In this document: piece by piece, positions 32,822 to 41,234 of the stretch
Numbering within the stretch: the stretch's first letter is position 1
Layout of the letters: the number at the start of each line of letters is the position of its first letter
DNA from: Candidatus Multivorans sp.
GTDB lineage: Bacteria > Acidobacteriota > Thermoanaerobaculia > Multivoradales > Multivoraceae
NCBI GenBank assembly: GCA_965224025.1
Contig: OZ245033.1
Span: forward strand, 418,763-482,762
Direction: 5' to 3'
DNA length: 64,000 bases
Translations under genes and position numbers: made by a program
Notes under the pieces: generated by a model
Database searches by the model: none
What the model was told of the DNA's origin: nothing
The model's input: only the letters and a program-made list of their open reading frames with translations

Positions 32822-33961
32822 TCAATCGGGATTCGTCGGGAACGGGTTCCCGGGAACCAGATTGTCGGGAACGAGTTCCCGACCCTGAATGGCCGACGCT
32901 GCTGCCGGTTCGAAGCAGGCCACCCAGATCACGAACTGGTCGATCTCATCAGGCACCGGCACGGCACCGAACGGATTAACCGGCGTCGCGGTGACGTAGA
33001 CGCCGATCTTGTCGTCTTTGTCCGCACTACTCGCGTGACAGCGCCCAGTCGAGCTATCAACTGCCATAATGGTGATTCCGTTGCCATTGATGTCCACGCC
33101 CGGCGTGTCAACCGGCTTATCCGGGTCTGCAACGCCGTTCATGTCCCAGGTAGCCGACAAGGTTCCGGTGCCTGTTGTCGGCAAGTGACCATCTCCCGTC
33201 ACCGAGAGATTCAGCTCAACCGTGTTCTCTCCAGTATTCCGGTGGACAACGCTGCCGTTGGCGACGTCGCCGTCGGGCCCCGTCGCCGTGATGCTGTACA
33301 TAGCGTCGAGAACGCAGTCGTTCTGAACCTTGTCTGCACAACGCCGCTTCGGTTTCATCGGGAGCAGATGGGACAGGATGCCTACGCGCCCGCTGTCCGC
33401 GTGCTTGACGAAGGTAGCTGCCGGCTCGTAGTCCTTACCCAGAACCGTGAACTCCTGGCTCTTGGCGGTCAAGATGCCTCCCGGCATGGTGGGCAGGGTA
33501 GGTTCGTTCCCGTACACGCTCAGCGGCAGCAACGAACCGACAGCCGAACTGATCTCGTCGTTGATCCAATACCAGCCACCGGGCATGATGCCTTGAATGA
33601 GGGCTGTGCCGGTTCCATCGTCACAAGCCAGATCGTCGTCACCGAAGTGGGCGCTGACCATGCCTTCGTCGTTCGGCGTCAACCTGCCGGCCTTCGCATA
33701 GCCGTCGCAGGCGACCGCTACCGTGACGACGCTCTCGTCTTCGTCCATCGTCTCGTCGTCGTCTTCGTTGGCCGCTTCAGCGACGAAACCGCCCGAAGCG
33801 TCCGTGAAGGCGGCGACGTAACACTCCTCCGCAGGGGCGCAGTTGACGTTGATGCTGACTTCGACGGCGCTGACGTCGACGGCGCTGTCTCCCACGCCGG
33901 CCTGGCCGAAGCCGACCGACGCTGCCAGCGCCATGCAAGTGAGTAGAAGAATCTTCTTCAA
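32822..33961 (-). CDS. Hypothetical secreted acidic protein
   Basis: 379-aa ORF with signal peptide MKKILLLTCMALAASVGFGQA. It is Asp/Gly/Thr-rich with several Cys, and no family was recognised. It is visibly more AT-rich than the flanks. Confidence 0.7.
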   Translation of the reverse strand: MKKILLLTCMALAASVGFGQAGVGDSAVDVSAVEVSINVNCAPAEECYVAAFTDASGGFVAEAANEDDDETMDEDESVVTVAVACDGYAKAGRLTPNDEGMVSAHFGDDDLACDDGTGTALIQGIMPGGWYWINDEISSAVGSLLPLSVYGNEPTLPTMPGGILTAKSQEFTVLGKDYEPAATFVKHADSGRVGILSHLLPMKPKRRCADKVQNDCVLDAMYSITATGPDGDVANGSVVHRNTGENTVELNLSVTGDGHLPTTGTGTLSATWDMNGVADPDKPVDTPGVDINGNGITIMAVDSSTGRCHASSADKDDKIGVYVTATPVNPFGAVPVPDEIDQFVIWVACFEPAAASAIQGRELVPDNLVPGNPFPTNPD

Positions 33962-34367
33962 CGTGTTTCTCCTCTTGGGCCTTGAGACCCTTTGACAGTT
34001 GGGCGGATAGCGACACCGCTACCCGTCCCGCGTTCTGATGCGCCGCTCAGAACAACCTTCGCGGCACTCCTTAGCGCGCTCGCATCACCTCCAGGCGAAA
34101 GACTTCAAGGCCGAAGTAGGGACAGGGCCCAGACTGACCGCCGCTGGCCGTACAAGACCCCACACGGGCTCGATCCAGCGAACTCCAAGCTTCAGTCCTG
34201 CCGTTCGGGAGGCACGTTACTGCTCTACAAGTCGGTTTAACGGGCGAAAGTACGGAAGCAAATACGCTCCGTGCTCTCCTCGAGAGCCATGGTTGTGGGC
34301 AGGCAGATCGCCGTACCGCTGCGACGGCAGGTGATACCTAGAACCCGTAAAAAGGAGGGGAATTCAG

Positions 34368-35375
34368 TTGACAGCCAAGAGAGCGTTGGCCGTGGAGAAT
34401 GGGATATCGGTTTCCGACGCAGTTCGGACATCGTTGTCCGAGAACACTCGTATCGCCTATCAGTGTGGATGGAAGCGGTTTACGACCTATTGCGATGAAG
34501 TGGGGAGAGATCCAATGACCGCGACTCCGGACGACATCACGGGCTTCCTGGTCTGGATGGCCTCCGTGCCCCGCTCGCCAGGTGCGACGACCAAGAAGGG
34601 GGAGCCGCTAGCGCTCGCGACGATTCGGCTCTACATCGCGGCGATCAACCGGAAGTACCGAGAGCACGGCCGCGAGTCCCCGGCGAACGACCTAAGGGTG
34701 GCGAACGTCCTTCAAGGACTTGGACGACTCTTGTCCCCCCGCCAGCGGCAGGTGAAGGCGCTACGGGAACACGAGATTGCGCGTATCCTGGACTACTGCG
34801 ACGAGCTTGCACAGCAGGAGAAACGGCAGGTGATTGCAACTCGGGACGCTGCCGTGATCGCGGTCGGCTTCGCTGCAGCGATGCGACGGTCCGAGATCTG
34901 CAGTCTCCGGTTCGCCGACGTCGAATTTCTCGGTGATGAGGATGACTTCCGGGGAATGTATCTGCACGTCCGGGAGTCCAAGACCGACCAGTTACGCCGG
35001 GGTCAGCGGATCGCAGTTCCCGATGGTGAACTGGTTCGTCCCGTACGACGACTGCGACTGTGGTTCGCCGCCTCCGGCATTGTCCGGGGGCCGGTGTTCC
35101 AGACGATGCGGAGCAACGGGCACATACAGGGACGGGCCATGCATCCGTCCGACATCGCTCGGACGGTGAAACGCTATGTGAGCGCCATCGGCCTAGATCC
35201 CGCCCACTATTCGGGACACTCCCTACGAGCGGGATTCGTGACCAGCGCAGCCGTCCACCGTGCCCGACTCGACAAGATCATGGAGGTCACCAGACACAGC
35301 AGCGCGGGCATGGTCCTACGGTACATCCGGCAGGAGGGTGCCTTTGAGGACCACGCTGGCGCGGCGTTCCTCTAA
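34368..35375 (+). CDS. Tyrosine recombinase with Cre-like architecture
   Basis: TTG start 7 nt after AAGGAGGGG. The N-terminal core-binding region is TRIAYQCGWKRFTTYC..DDITGFLVWM. Catalytic boxes are AMRRSEICSLRFADV, YSGHSLRAGFVTSAA and TRHSSAGMVLRYIR (R..HxxR..H..Y). Confidence 0.85.
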   Translation: MTAKRALAVENGISVSDAVRTSLSENTRIAYQCGWKRFTTYCDEVGRDPMTATPDDITGFLVWMASVPRSPGATTKKGEPLALATIRLYIAAINRKYREHGRESPANDLRVANVLQGLGRLLSPRQRQVKALREHEIARILDYCDELAQQEKRQVIATRDAAVIAVGFAAAMRRSEICSLRFADVEFLGDEDDFRGMYLHVRESKTDQLRRGQRIAVPDGELVRPVRRLRLWFAASGIVRGPVFQTMRSNGHIQGRAMHPSDIARTVKRYVSAIGLDPAHYSGHSLRAGFVTSAAVHRARLDKIMEVTRHSSAGMVLRYIRQEGAFEDHAGAAFL

Positions 35376-35489
35376 CGCCTCCGCCGCGTCCCGTCCTGAG
35401 AAGGGCTTGACAAACCGACTTATCGCTGACTTCCGCAGTCGGGGCAACTGGCGGCAGTCCAGCGAGCAACTGCGAATGCCACGATAGAC

Positions 35490-35538
35490 GCGATCCGGAC
35501 GACCGCATATTCGTCCGTCGCTCAATTACGTCCGTCGC
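35490..35538. other. Candidate lox-like recombination site
   Basis: GCGATCCGGACGA - CCGCATAT - TCGTCCGTCGC forms 13/11-nt inverted arms that differ only by a 2-nt indel, around an asymmetric 8-nt spacer. A third arm copy, ACGTCCGTCGC, lies 6 nt further on. Confidence 0.35.
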
Positions 35539-35585
35539 TGGAATACAGTACTGAAGACCGCCTCGCTGAGCCGGCCCACCGTCAT
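35526..35585 (-). pseudogene. Truncated toxin gene downstream of phd (19 codons left)
   Basis: The ATG overlaps the phd stop (ATGA) and gives MTVGRLSEAVFSTVFQRRT*. The position and coupling are typical of a YoeB/Txe- or RelE-type partner, but the family cannot be assigned from 19 residues. Confidence 0.4.
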
Positions 35586-35866
35586 TCTTCGGTGAGGCCG
35601 AACCGCTCACGGAGCTCGTCAACGTCCATCGCTATCCCTTCCCCAGCTTCGACCTGGGCGATCGCCTTCCGCAGCCTCTCGGCATTCTTCGGAGAGCGAA
35701 GCAGATAGTCCGTCTCCATCCACGAACTCAGATCACTCGCCGCGATCAGAGCGACGGGTTCCTTCCCGCGCCGCCGGATCAACACCGGCTCGTGCGTGTC
35801 CGTCACCTGGTCCATGAGAGTGGCGAGCTGCTCGCGTGCGCCGGTGTAGGTGGTTTCCCTGATCAT
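35582..35866 (-). CDS. Phd/YefM-family antitoxin
   Basis: ATG 35866 gives MIRETTYTGAREQLATLMDQVTDTHEPVLIRRRGKEPVALIAASDLSSWMETDYLLRSPKNAERLRKAI. Confidence 0.85.
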   Translation of the reverse strand: MIRETTYTGAREQLATLMDQVTDTHEPVLIRRRGKEPVALIAASDLSSWMETDYLLRSPKNAERLRKAIAQVEAGEGIAMDVDELRERFGLTEE

Positions 35867-35883
35867 GGCTTCACTCCCTGGTC

Positions 35884-35979
35884 GGGCGGTGGATGGTCGC
35901 GACGCGTTCGTGGCACGTTCGATGACCCGTACAGACACTATGTACCACTGCGAGAACCCCCGCAAGCCGGGGTGCCCGC
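35884..35979 (+). repeat. ~95-bp direct repeat, right copy (DR-95)
   Basis: See 32427..32521. Same orientation, 3,457 bp apart. Confidence 0.9.
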
Positions 35980-36012
35980 GTGCAATCCGTGCGCCCGATG
36001 ACGGGCGCACGG
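35975..36012. repeat. REP-B family copy (partial)
   Basis: The reverse complement reads GAACCACTCCGTGCGCCCGTCATCGGGCGCACGGATTGCACGCGGG, matching 43048..43095. Confidence 0.75.
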
Positions 36013-36448
36013 AGTGGTTCATGCCGGTGTCGATCACCAGGCGGCAGGAGATGAACATCTCCATGACCAGCCGGCCGTACAGGTCGTAGGCGTTCTCGTA
36101 GACGCCCATCTCCTTGCCGAGGTTAGCGGCGTACTCGGCCCAACCCTCCGTGAAGGCCCCGTAGCCGATCGTCTCGCGCCGGAACCGGGGCAGGTCCTCG
36201 CGCTCGTTCGCCAGCGCGAACTGGAAGTGATGCCCGGGATCAGCTCGTGTAGATCAGCCCCTGGGCCGAGAACAGGGACCGGTTCTCGAGGTCGGAGAGT
36301 TGTAGCGGTACTCGCCGCGCGGGTTCGCCGCGGCGTACTCGTCGCCGACCGACGCGATGAGTTTCGCATCGGCGCCGGTGCTCGACCCTCCGCAGGCCGA
36401 CAGCAGCGGAACAACGACTACGACTACACAGAACGATGCGGTCTTCAT
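36010..36448 (-). pseudogene. DUF885-family lipoprotein gene with an internal deletion, a frameshift and 3' truncation
   Basis: The ATG overlaps the cusA stop (ATGA) and gives MKTASFCVVVVVVPLLSACGG..GDEYAAANPRGEY. In another frame come ELIPGHHFQFALANE..GYGAFTEGWAEYAANLGKEMGVYENAYDLYGRLVMEMFISCRLVIDTGMNH. The sequence is then cut by REP-B/DR-95. Confidence 0.65.
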
Positions 36449-39400
36449 GGCTTCAGCGATCGTACATACAGCACCGGAACGACGACCAGGTTCAGGAACG
36501 TCGACGTCAAGAGGCCTCCGAGAATGACCTGCGCCATCGGACTCAGGATCTCGTTGCCCGGGGCGCCGGCAGCCAGCACCAGGGGCACCAGCGCCAGGCC
36601 CGCGGTCAACGCCGTCATCAGCACGGGCGCCATCCGCTGTCCCGAGCCGCGCCGCACGGCTTCGTCCAGCGGCAGCCCCTCGGCGAGCAGCCGCCGGTAG
36701 TTGCTGACCAGCAGCACGCCGTTGCGCGTCGCGATCCCGAACAGCGTCACGAAGCCGATCACGGTGGCAAGCGACAGGACGCCGCCGCCCAGAGCCACCG
36801 CGAGCACGCCCCCAACGAGAGCCAACGGGACATTGACGAGCATGATCAGGGTCTCGCGGTGGCTGCCGAACTCGATGTAGAGGAGTCCGTACATGGCGAT
36901 CAGGATGAGCACCACCAGCAGGGCCACGGTGGAGACGCGGCGGCCGGCTTCCTCGAACTGCCCGCCGAAGGTCACGAGGTAGCCGGACGGCAGGTCGACC
37001 CCGGCGTCGACGGCGGCTTGCGCCCGCCCCACCGTGCCGGCGAGGTCGGCGGCCGCCATGTTGGCGGTGACCATCGCCACCCGCTGCGCGTTTTCCCGCC
37101 GGATCAGCGACGGTCCGAGAGCGTGCCGGACCTCCGCCACGGCGCCCAGCCGAACCAGGTCCCCGGCCGGGGTCGAGACCGGAAGGGCCGCGATCTTCTC
37201 GGGCGAGGACCGGAGGCTCGGCGGCAGGCGGACGGCGACATCCGACGCCAGACCGTCCTCGACGATCTCGCCAACTACCACACCCTGGAAGAGTGCTTCC
37301 ACTCCCTCTCCAAGGCCCGCAAGGCCAAGCCCGTGCCGGGCGATCGTGGTGCGATCGAAGTCGATCACGAGTTGGGGAATCGCCGCCTGCTCCTGGTTCG
37401 ACAGGTCGACGATGCCGGGCACGGCGCCCAGAACCTGCTCGACCCGGGAAGCGAGCGTCCGCAGCACCGCCAGGTCGGGCCCGAACACCTTGACCGCGAG
37501 ATTGGTCCGGGACCCCGACATCATGTGGTCGATCCGGTGGCTGATCGGCTGCCCGAAGGAGACGGTCGTCCCCGGGATCGTCGCCACGGCGCGGCGCATC
37601 TCGGCGACCAGTTCGTCCTTGCTTCGGCCGTCCCCGAGCGGCGCCAGGACGACCTCCATCTCGGATGCGTTGACCCCCTGCACGTGCTCGTCTTTCTCGG
37701 CACGCCCGGTCCGGCGGCTGGTCGAAACCACCTCGGGGAAGGCGAGGAGCGCTTCCTCCACCTGGCTCCCCAGCCGGTCGCTCTCGGCGAGCGGAATCCC
37801 CGGCGGGCTGACGACGGCAACGGTGAGCGATCCCTCGTTGAACGCGGGCAGGAAGCCGCGGCCCAAACCGGGCACGAGCGCGGCCACGGGCACGACCACG
37901 ACGACCACCAGCAGGAGAACCGCCCAACGGTGCCCGAGGCACCAGTCGAGAGTCGGCGTGTACCCCGCTCGCAGAGCGCGCAGGAGCCAGGGCTCGCGGG
38001 CACGAAGCACCTTCGCCCGGCCCAGCAGAAGGAGCGCCAGCACCGGCGTGACCGTCAGCGCCACCACGAACGAGGCCGAGAGCGCCGCGATGAAGGCGAG
38101 GCCGAGCGGCCGGAGCAGCCGGCCCTCCAGGCCCGGCAGGAAGAAGATCGGCACGAAGACCAGAACGACGACCAGCGTGGCGATGAGGATCGGGCTCAGC
38201 ACCTCCCTCGTCGCCGCGGCGACGACCTCAGCCGCCGGCCGGCGATCGGCTCTCGGCAGACGGCGCTCCTCCTTCAGCCGCCGGAAGATGTTCTCGATCG
38301 CGATGATCGCGTCGTCGACCAGAAGGCCGACCGCGATCGACAGGCCGCCGAGGGTCATCGTGTCGATCTGAAGGCCGAGGGCCGCGATCACCAGGATCCC
38401 GGTGACCAGCGAGAGGGGAATGGCGAACGCCGAAATCAGGGTCGTCCGGACGCTGCCAAGGAACAACGCCAGGATCACGATGACCAGGATCGCGCCCCAG
38501 CCAAGCGCTTCGGAGACGTTCCCGATCGCCACCTCGATGAAGTCGGCCTGGCGAAAGTTCTCGCTCTCGAGAACCACGCCCTCGGGGAGCGTCTGCTGCA
38601 GCCTCGCCAGAGCCGCGTCGATCGCCCGGGTCAGCTCGAGCGTGTTGGCCTCCGGCTGCTTCTGCACCGACAGGATGACCGCTGGGCGGTTGCGGTACGA
38701 CGCCGTGCCGCGAGCCGGCTCGGCGCCCCATTCGACGGTCGCGACGTCGCCGACCCGCAGAGGGACGCCGCCCGCGACCCGCACCACGGCCGCGGCCACG
38801 TCCTCGGGGCTGCGCGCCCGGGTGAGCCCGCGGACGATGTGCTCCTGCCCGCCCTCGACGTGGAAGCCCGCCGCCAGACTGCGGCTCGCGGCGGCCACCG
38901 CCTCGATGACCTCGGTGAGGGGCAAGCCATTCTGGGCGAGAGCAGCAGGCCGAACCGTGACCTGGAGTTGACGCCGCTCACCGCCGATCGGGACCACCTG
39001 GGAGACGCCGGGAATCGAGAGGAGCGTGCGCCGGACGACCGTCTCGGCCACACGCCGCAGTTCCATCGCACTGACGCCGCCTTCCGTTGCCGGCGCCGCG
39101 GTCATCGCGATGAACGTGATCTCGCCCATGATCGACGAGATCGGGCCGAGTTCCGGCGGCTCGGCCTGGGCCGGGAGGTCGACCCGCTGCAGGCGTTCGC
39201 TGACGACCTGGCGGGCGCGGTAGATGTCGGTTCCCCAGTCGAACTCGACCCACGCCACCGAGAGCCCGTCGACGGAGACCGAGCGCAGCCGGCGCACGCC
39301 CGGCGATCCGTTGACCGCCGACTCGACCGGGAATGTCACCAGGAGTTCGACCTCTTCGGCCGCCATTCCCGGGGCTTCCGTGATCACGGTCACCGTCGGC

Positions 39401-39537
39401 GCGGAGAGGTCCGGGAAGATGTCCACCGGCAGGGTCGCGACAAAGAGAGCTCCGGCCAGGGTGAGGAGCACGGCGCCGGCGATCACCAGCCACCGGTGGC
39501 CGAGGGAGAAGCGAAGCAGTCTTTCGAGGGGTCCCAT
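36445..39537 (-). CDS. CusA/CzcA-family heavy-metal efflux RND transporter
   Basis: ATG 39537 gives MGPLERLLRFSLGHRWLVIAGAVLLT..PVDIFPDLSAPTVTV. The product is 1030 aa and contains LLVDDAIIAIENIFRRL. The upstream 167 codons of the track ORF are antisense of cusB. Confidence 0.9.
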   Translation of the reverse strand: MGPLERLLRFSLGHRWLVIAGAVLLTLAGALFVATLPVDIFPDLSAPTVTVITEAPGMAAEEVELLVTFPVESAVNGSPGVRRLRSVSVDGLSVAWVEFDWGTDIYRARQVVSERLQRVDLPAQAEPPELGPISSIMGEITFIAMTAAPATEGGVSAMELRRVAETVVRRTLLSIPGVSQVVPIGGERRQLQVTVRPAALAQNGLPLTEVIEAVAAASRSLAAGFHVEGGQEHIVRGLTRARSPEDVAAAVVRVAGGVPLRVGDVATVEWGAEPARGTASYRNRPAVILSVQKQPEANTLELTRAIDAALARLQQTLPEGVVLESENFRQADFIEVAIGNVSEALGWGAILVIVILALFLGSVRTTLISAFAIPLSLVTGILVIAALGLQIDTMTLGGLSIAVGLLVDDAIIAIENIFRRLKEERRLPRADRRPAAEVVAAATREVLSPILIATLVVVLVFVPIFFLPGLEGRLLRPLGLAFIAALSASFVVALTVTPVLALLLLGRAKVLRAREPWLLRALRAGYTPTLDWCLGHRWAVLLLVVVVVVPVAALVPGLGRGFLPAFNEGSLTVAVVSPPGIPLAESDRLGSQVEEALLAFPEVVSTSRRTGRAEKDEHVQGVNASEMEVVLAPLGDGRSKDELVAEMRRAVATIPGTTVSFGQPISHRIDHMMSGSRTNLAVKVFGPDLAVLRTLASRVEQVLGAVPGIVDLSNQEQAAIPQLVIDFDRTTIARHGLGLAGLGEGVEALFQGVVVGEIVEDGLASDVAVRLPPSLRSSPEKIAALPVSTPAGDLVRLGAVAEVRHALGPSLIRRENAQRVAMVTANMAAADLAGTVGRAQAAVDAGVDLPSGYLVTFGGQFEEAGRRVSTVALLVVLILIAMYGLLYIEFGSHRETLIMLVNVPLALVGGVLAVALGGGVLSLATVIGFVTLFGIATRNGVLLVSNYRRLLAEGLPLDEAVRRGSGQRMAPVLMTALTAGLALVPLVLAAGAPGNEILSPMAQVILGGLLTSTFLNLVVVPVLYVRSLKP

Positions 39538-39548
39538 GCCCCAAGCCC

Positions 39549-41234
39549 TTAGTGGACGTGACCCTCGGCCTCGCCGCTGGCCATCAAGGACGAGCGGCGG
39601 ATCGCGTCGCCGCCGCGGGTCACCAGGCGCTGGCCGTGCATCAGGCGCTCGACGCGCGCCCGGTCTCCCTGCCGCTTGAGCACGGTCACCCTCTGGCGTA
39701 CGAAGCTCTCCCCGGAGAGCTGCAGGAACACGACCGGTACGCCGCCGTCGTCGACCAACGCCGACTCGGGAACGACGATGCCGGTCTCCTCCTCGTCGAG
39801 GAGGATCTGCGCCGCGACAGTCGATCCCAGTGCGATGCCGGCGCCGGCAAGGCCCGGTGCCTGCAGCAGAACGGTGACGGTACCGGTCCGCGGCGAGACT
39901 TCCGGCGCGATCGAGACGAGGGAGAGCCCCTCCTCGACTCTCACCGGCTCGCTCTCCGGATCCTCGATAACGAGGCCCCGCACACCCGAGGCGGCGAGCC
40001 GGCGCGCTCCCTGAGGCGGCAACGCGACCTCGATCCACGCGAGGTCCGTTCGGACCAGACGGGCGAGGGAGTCGCCGGCGGCCACCGTCGCGCCGGGCGT
40101 TGTGCTGACCTCGGCGATCTGGCCGGCGAACGGGGCCTTCAGGGAGATGCCGATGCCGTCCGCTCCACCCTCGCGGGAGGAACGGGCCGACTCGAGGTCG
40201 CGTTCCGCCGCCCGGTGTCGCGCCTCGAGTGTCCTGACCCGAACCCGAGCCTCCTCCGCCTCGCGCTCGCTGGTCGCTTCGAGAGCCAGAAGTTCTTCCA
40301 GGCGCAACCGCCGTGCATGGGCGCTCTCCAGCTCGGTCGCCAGCGTCTCGAGCTCCGCTTCGAGCGTCGCCAGACTCCGCTCGGCCGCGACCAGCGGGAC
40401 CACGCGGAACAGGCGGGAGTCCCGCTGCACGCGGCGGCCGACGAACGGCCAGGCGCTTGAGGCGCCCGGCGGCTGCACGACGCCGTCAACCTGTGCGGTC
40501 ACCGTGCTCTCGCCACCCGCCGGCGGACGGAAGGTCGCCAGGCCGGCCACGCTCTCGGCCAACCGCCCCTCCTCGACCCAGGCGGTCGCGAAGGAACTCT
40601 GCCACTGCTGCTCCTTGAGGAAGGAGACGGGCTCGCCCCCGTCGGACCCGGTCGGCGCCGAGGAAGCAACCAGGAGGCCACCCGGGTCGTCAGACGTCCC
40701 AACCCGGACCCGGCCGCCCCGGATCTCCTCGGTGCCTTCCGCATCGTGGATGCGAAACACCACATCGGCGTCGCCGGCCTGCCGCGGCGTCACCTGGATG
40801 TCGAAGATCCCGGGCCGGAGCACCTCATCCGCGCCAAACACCTGCTCTTCGGAAGCGTCTACGAGCACGATCTCCACTCTGCCGTCCACCACGGGCGTGA
40901 AGTCGGCGAGCCGCGTCACGTGGGTGTGAGCCTTCGCCGCCTGGCCCGCCACCAGAGCGTCGACCTCGGGGAAGACCTCGAAGCGCTCGCCCCAGGCGGT
41001 GACGGCCCAGGTTTCGCTCTCGGCGGGCGGCGGCTCGGCCGGCGGAGCGGCACCGCAGGCGAGCAGGAAGAGCGCGGGGAGCGCGCCAACCCAGCTCCGC
41101 CGCGAGCGGGCGCAGCACGGGCCAGGCACACGGCGCTTCGATCCTGGGAACGCGGGCATCCTGCCCGCATCCGGAGGGGTTCGGCTCCGGGCCTGCTCAC
41201 ACATCTTCGTCATCATCGTTCCACTCCACGTCAT
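39549..41234 (-). CDS. Efflux RND periplasmic adaptor (MFP, CusB/CzcB-like) with an extra N-terminal beta-domain
   Basis: Shows a coiled-coil (LEAELETLATELESAHARRLRLEEL) and beta-barrel/lipoyl-like segments. The start overlaps the cusC-like stop (ATGA). Codons ~20-32 are encoded by a REP-B copy. A lipobox LFLLAC lies at residues ~55-60. Confidence 0.8.
   Translation of the reverse strand: MTWSGTMMTKMCEQARSRTPPDAGRMPAFPGSKRRVPGPCCARSRRSWVGALPALFLLACGAAPPAEPPPAESETWAVTAWGERFEVFPEVDALVAGQAAKAHTHVTRLADFTPVVDGRVEIVLVDASEEQVFGADEVLRPGIFDIQVTPRQAGDADVVFRIHDAEGTEEIRGGRVRVGTSDDPGGLLVASSAPTGSDGGEPVSFLKEQQWQSSFATAWVEEGRLAESVAGLATFRPPAGGESTVTAQVDGVVQPPGASSAWPFVGRRVQRDSRLFRVVPLVAAERSLATLEAELETLATELESAHARRLRLEELLALEATSEREAEEARVRVRTLEARHRAAERDLESARSSREGGADGIGISLKAPFAGQIAEVSTTPGATVAAGDSLARLVRTDLAWIEVALPPQGARRLAASGVRGLVIEDPESEPVRVEEGLSLVSIAPEVSPRTGTVTVLLQAPGLAGAGIALGSTVAAQILLDEEETGIVVPESALVDDGGVPVVFLQLSGESFVRQRVTVLKRQGDRARVERLMHGQRLVTRGGDAIRRSSLMASGEAEGHVH
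41144..41173. repeat. REP-B sub-module (GCGGGCATCCTGCCCGC hairpin)
   Basis: CTGGGAACGCGGGCATCCTGCCCGCATCCGG is the reverse complement of 63507..63537 and is also present at 43085..43110. Confidence 0.75.

Noticed and set aside
34030-34052. GTTCTGA-N8-TCAGAAC palindrome upstream of the secreted-protein gene as a second lox-like site
   Set aside because: The arms are only 7 nt and unrelated in sequence to the 35490 site. It is more likely an operator or a chance palindrome.
36436-39552. 1038-aa plus-strand ORF rich in R/D/H/G
   Set aside because: It is antisense to the cusA-type RND gene. Long spurious ORFs like this are expected in high-GC DNA. The same applies to 8983..11370, 12941..15622 and 16378..18960, and to most other overlapping track ORFs.
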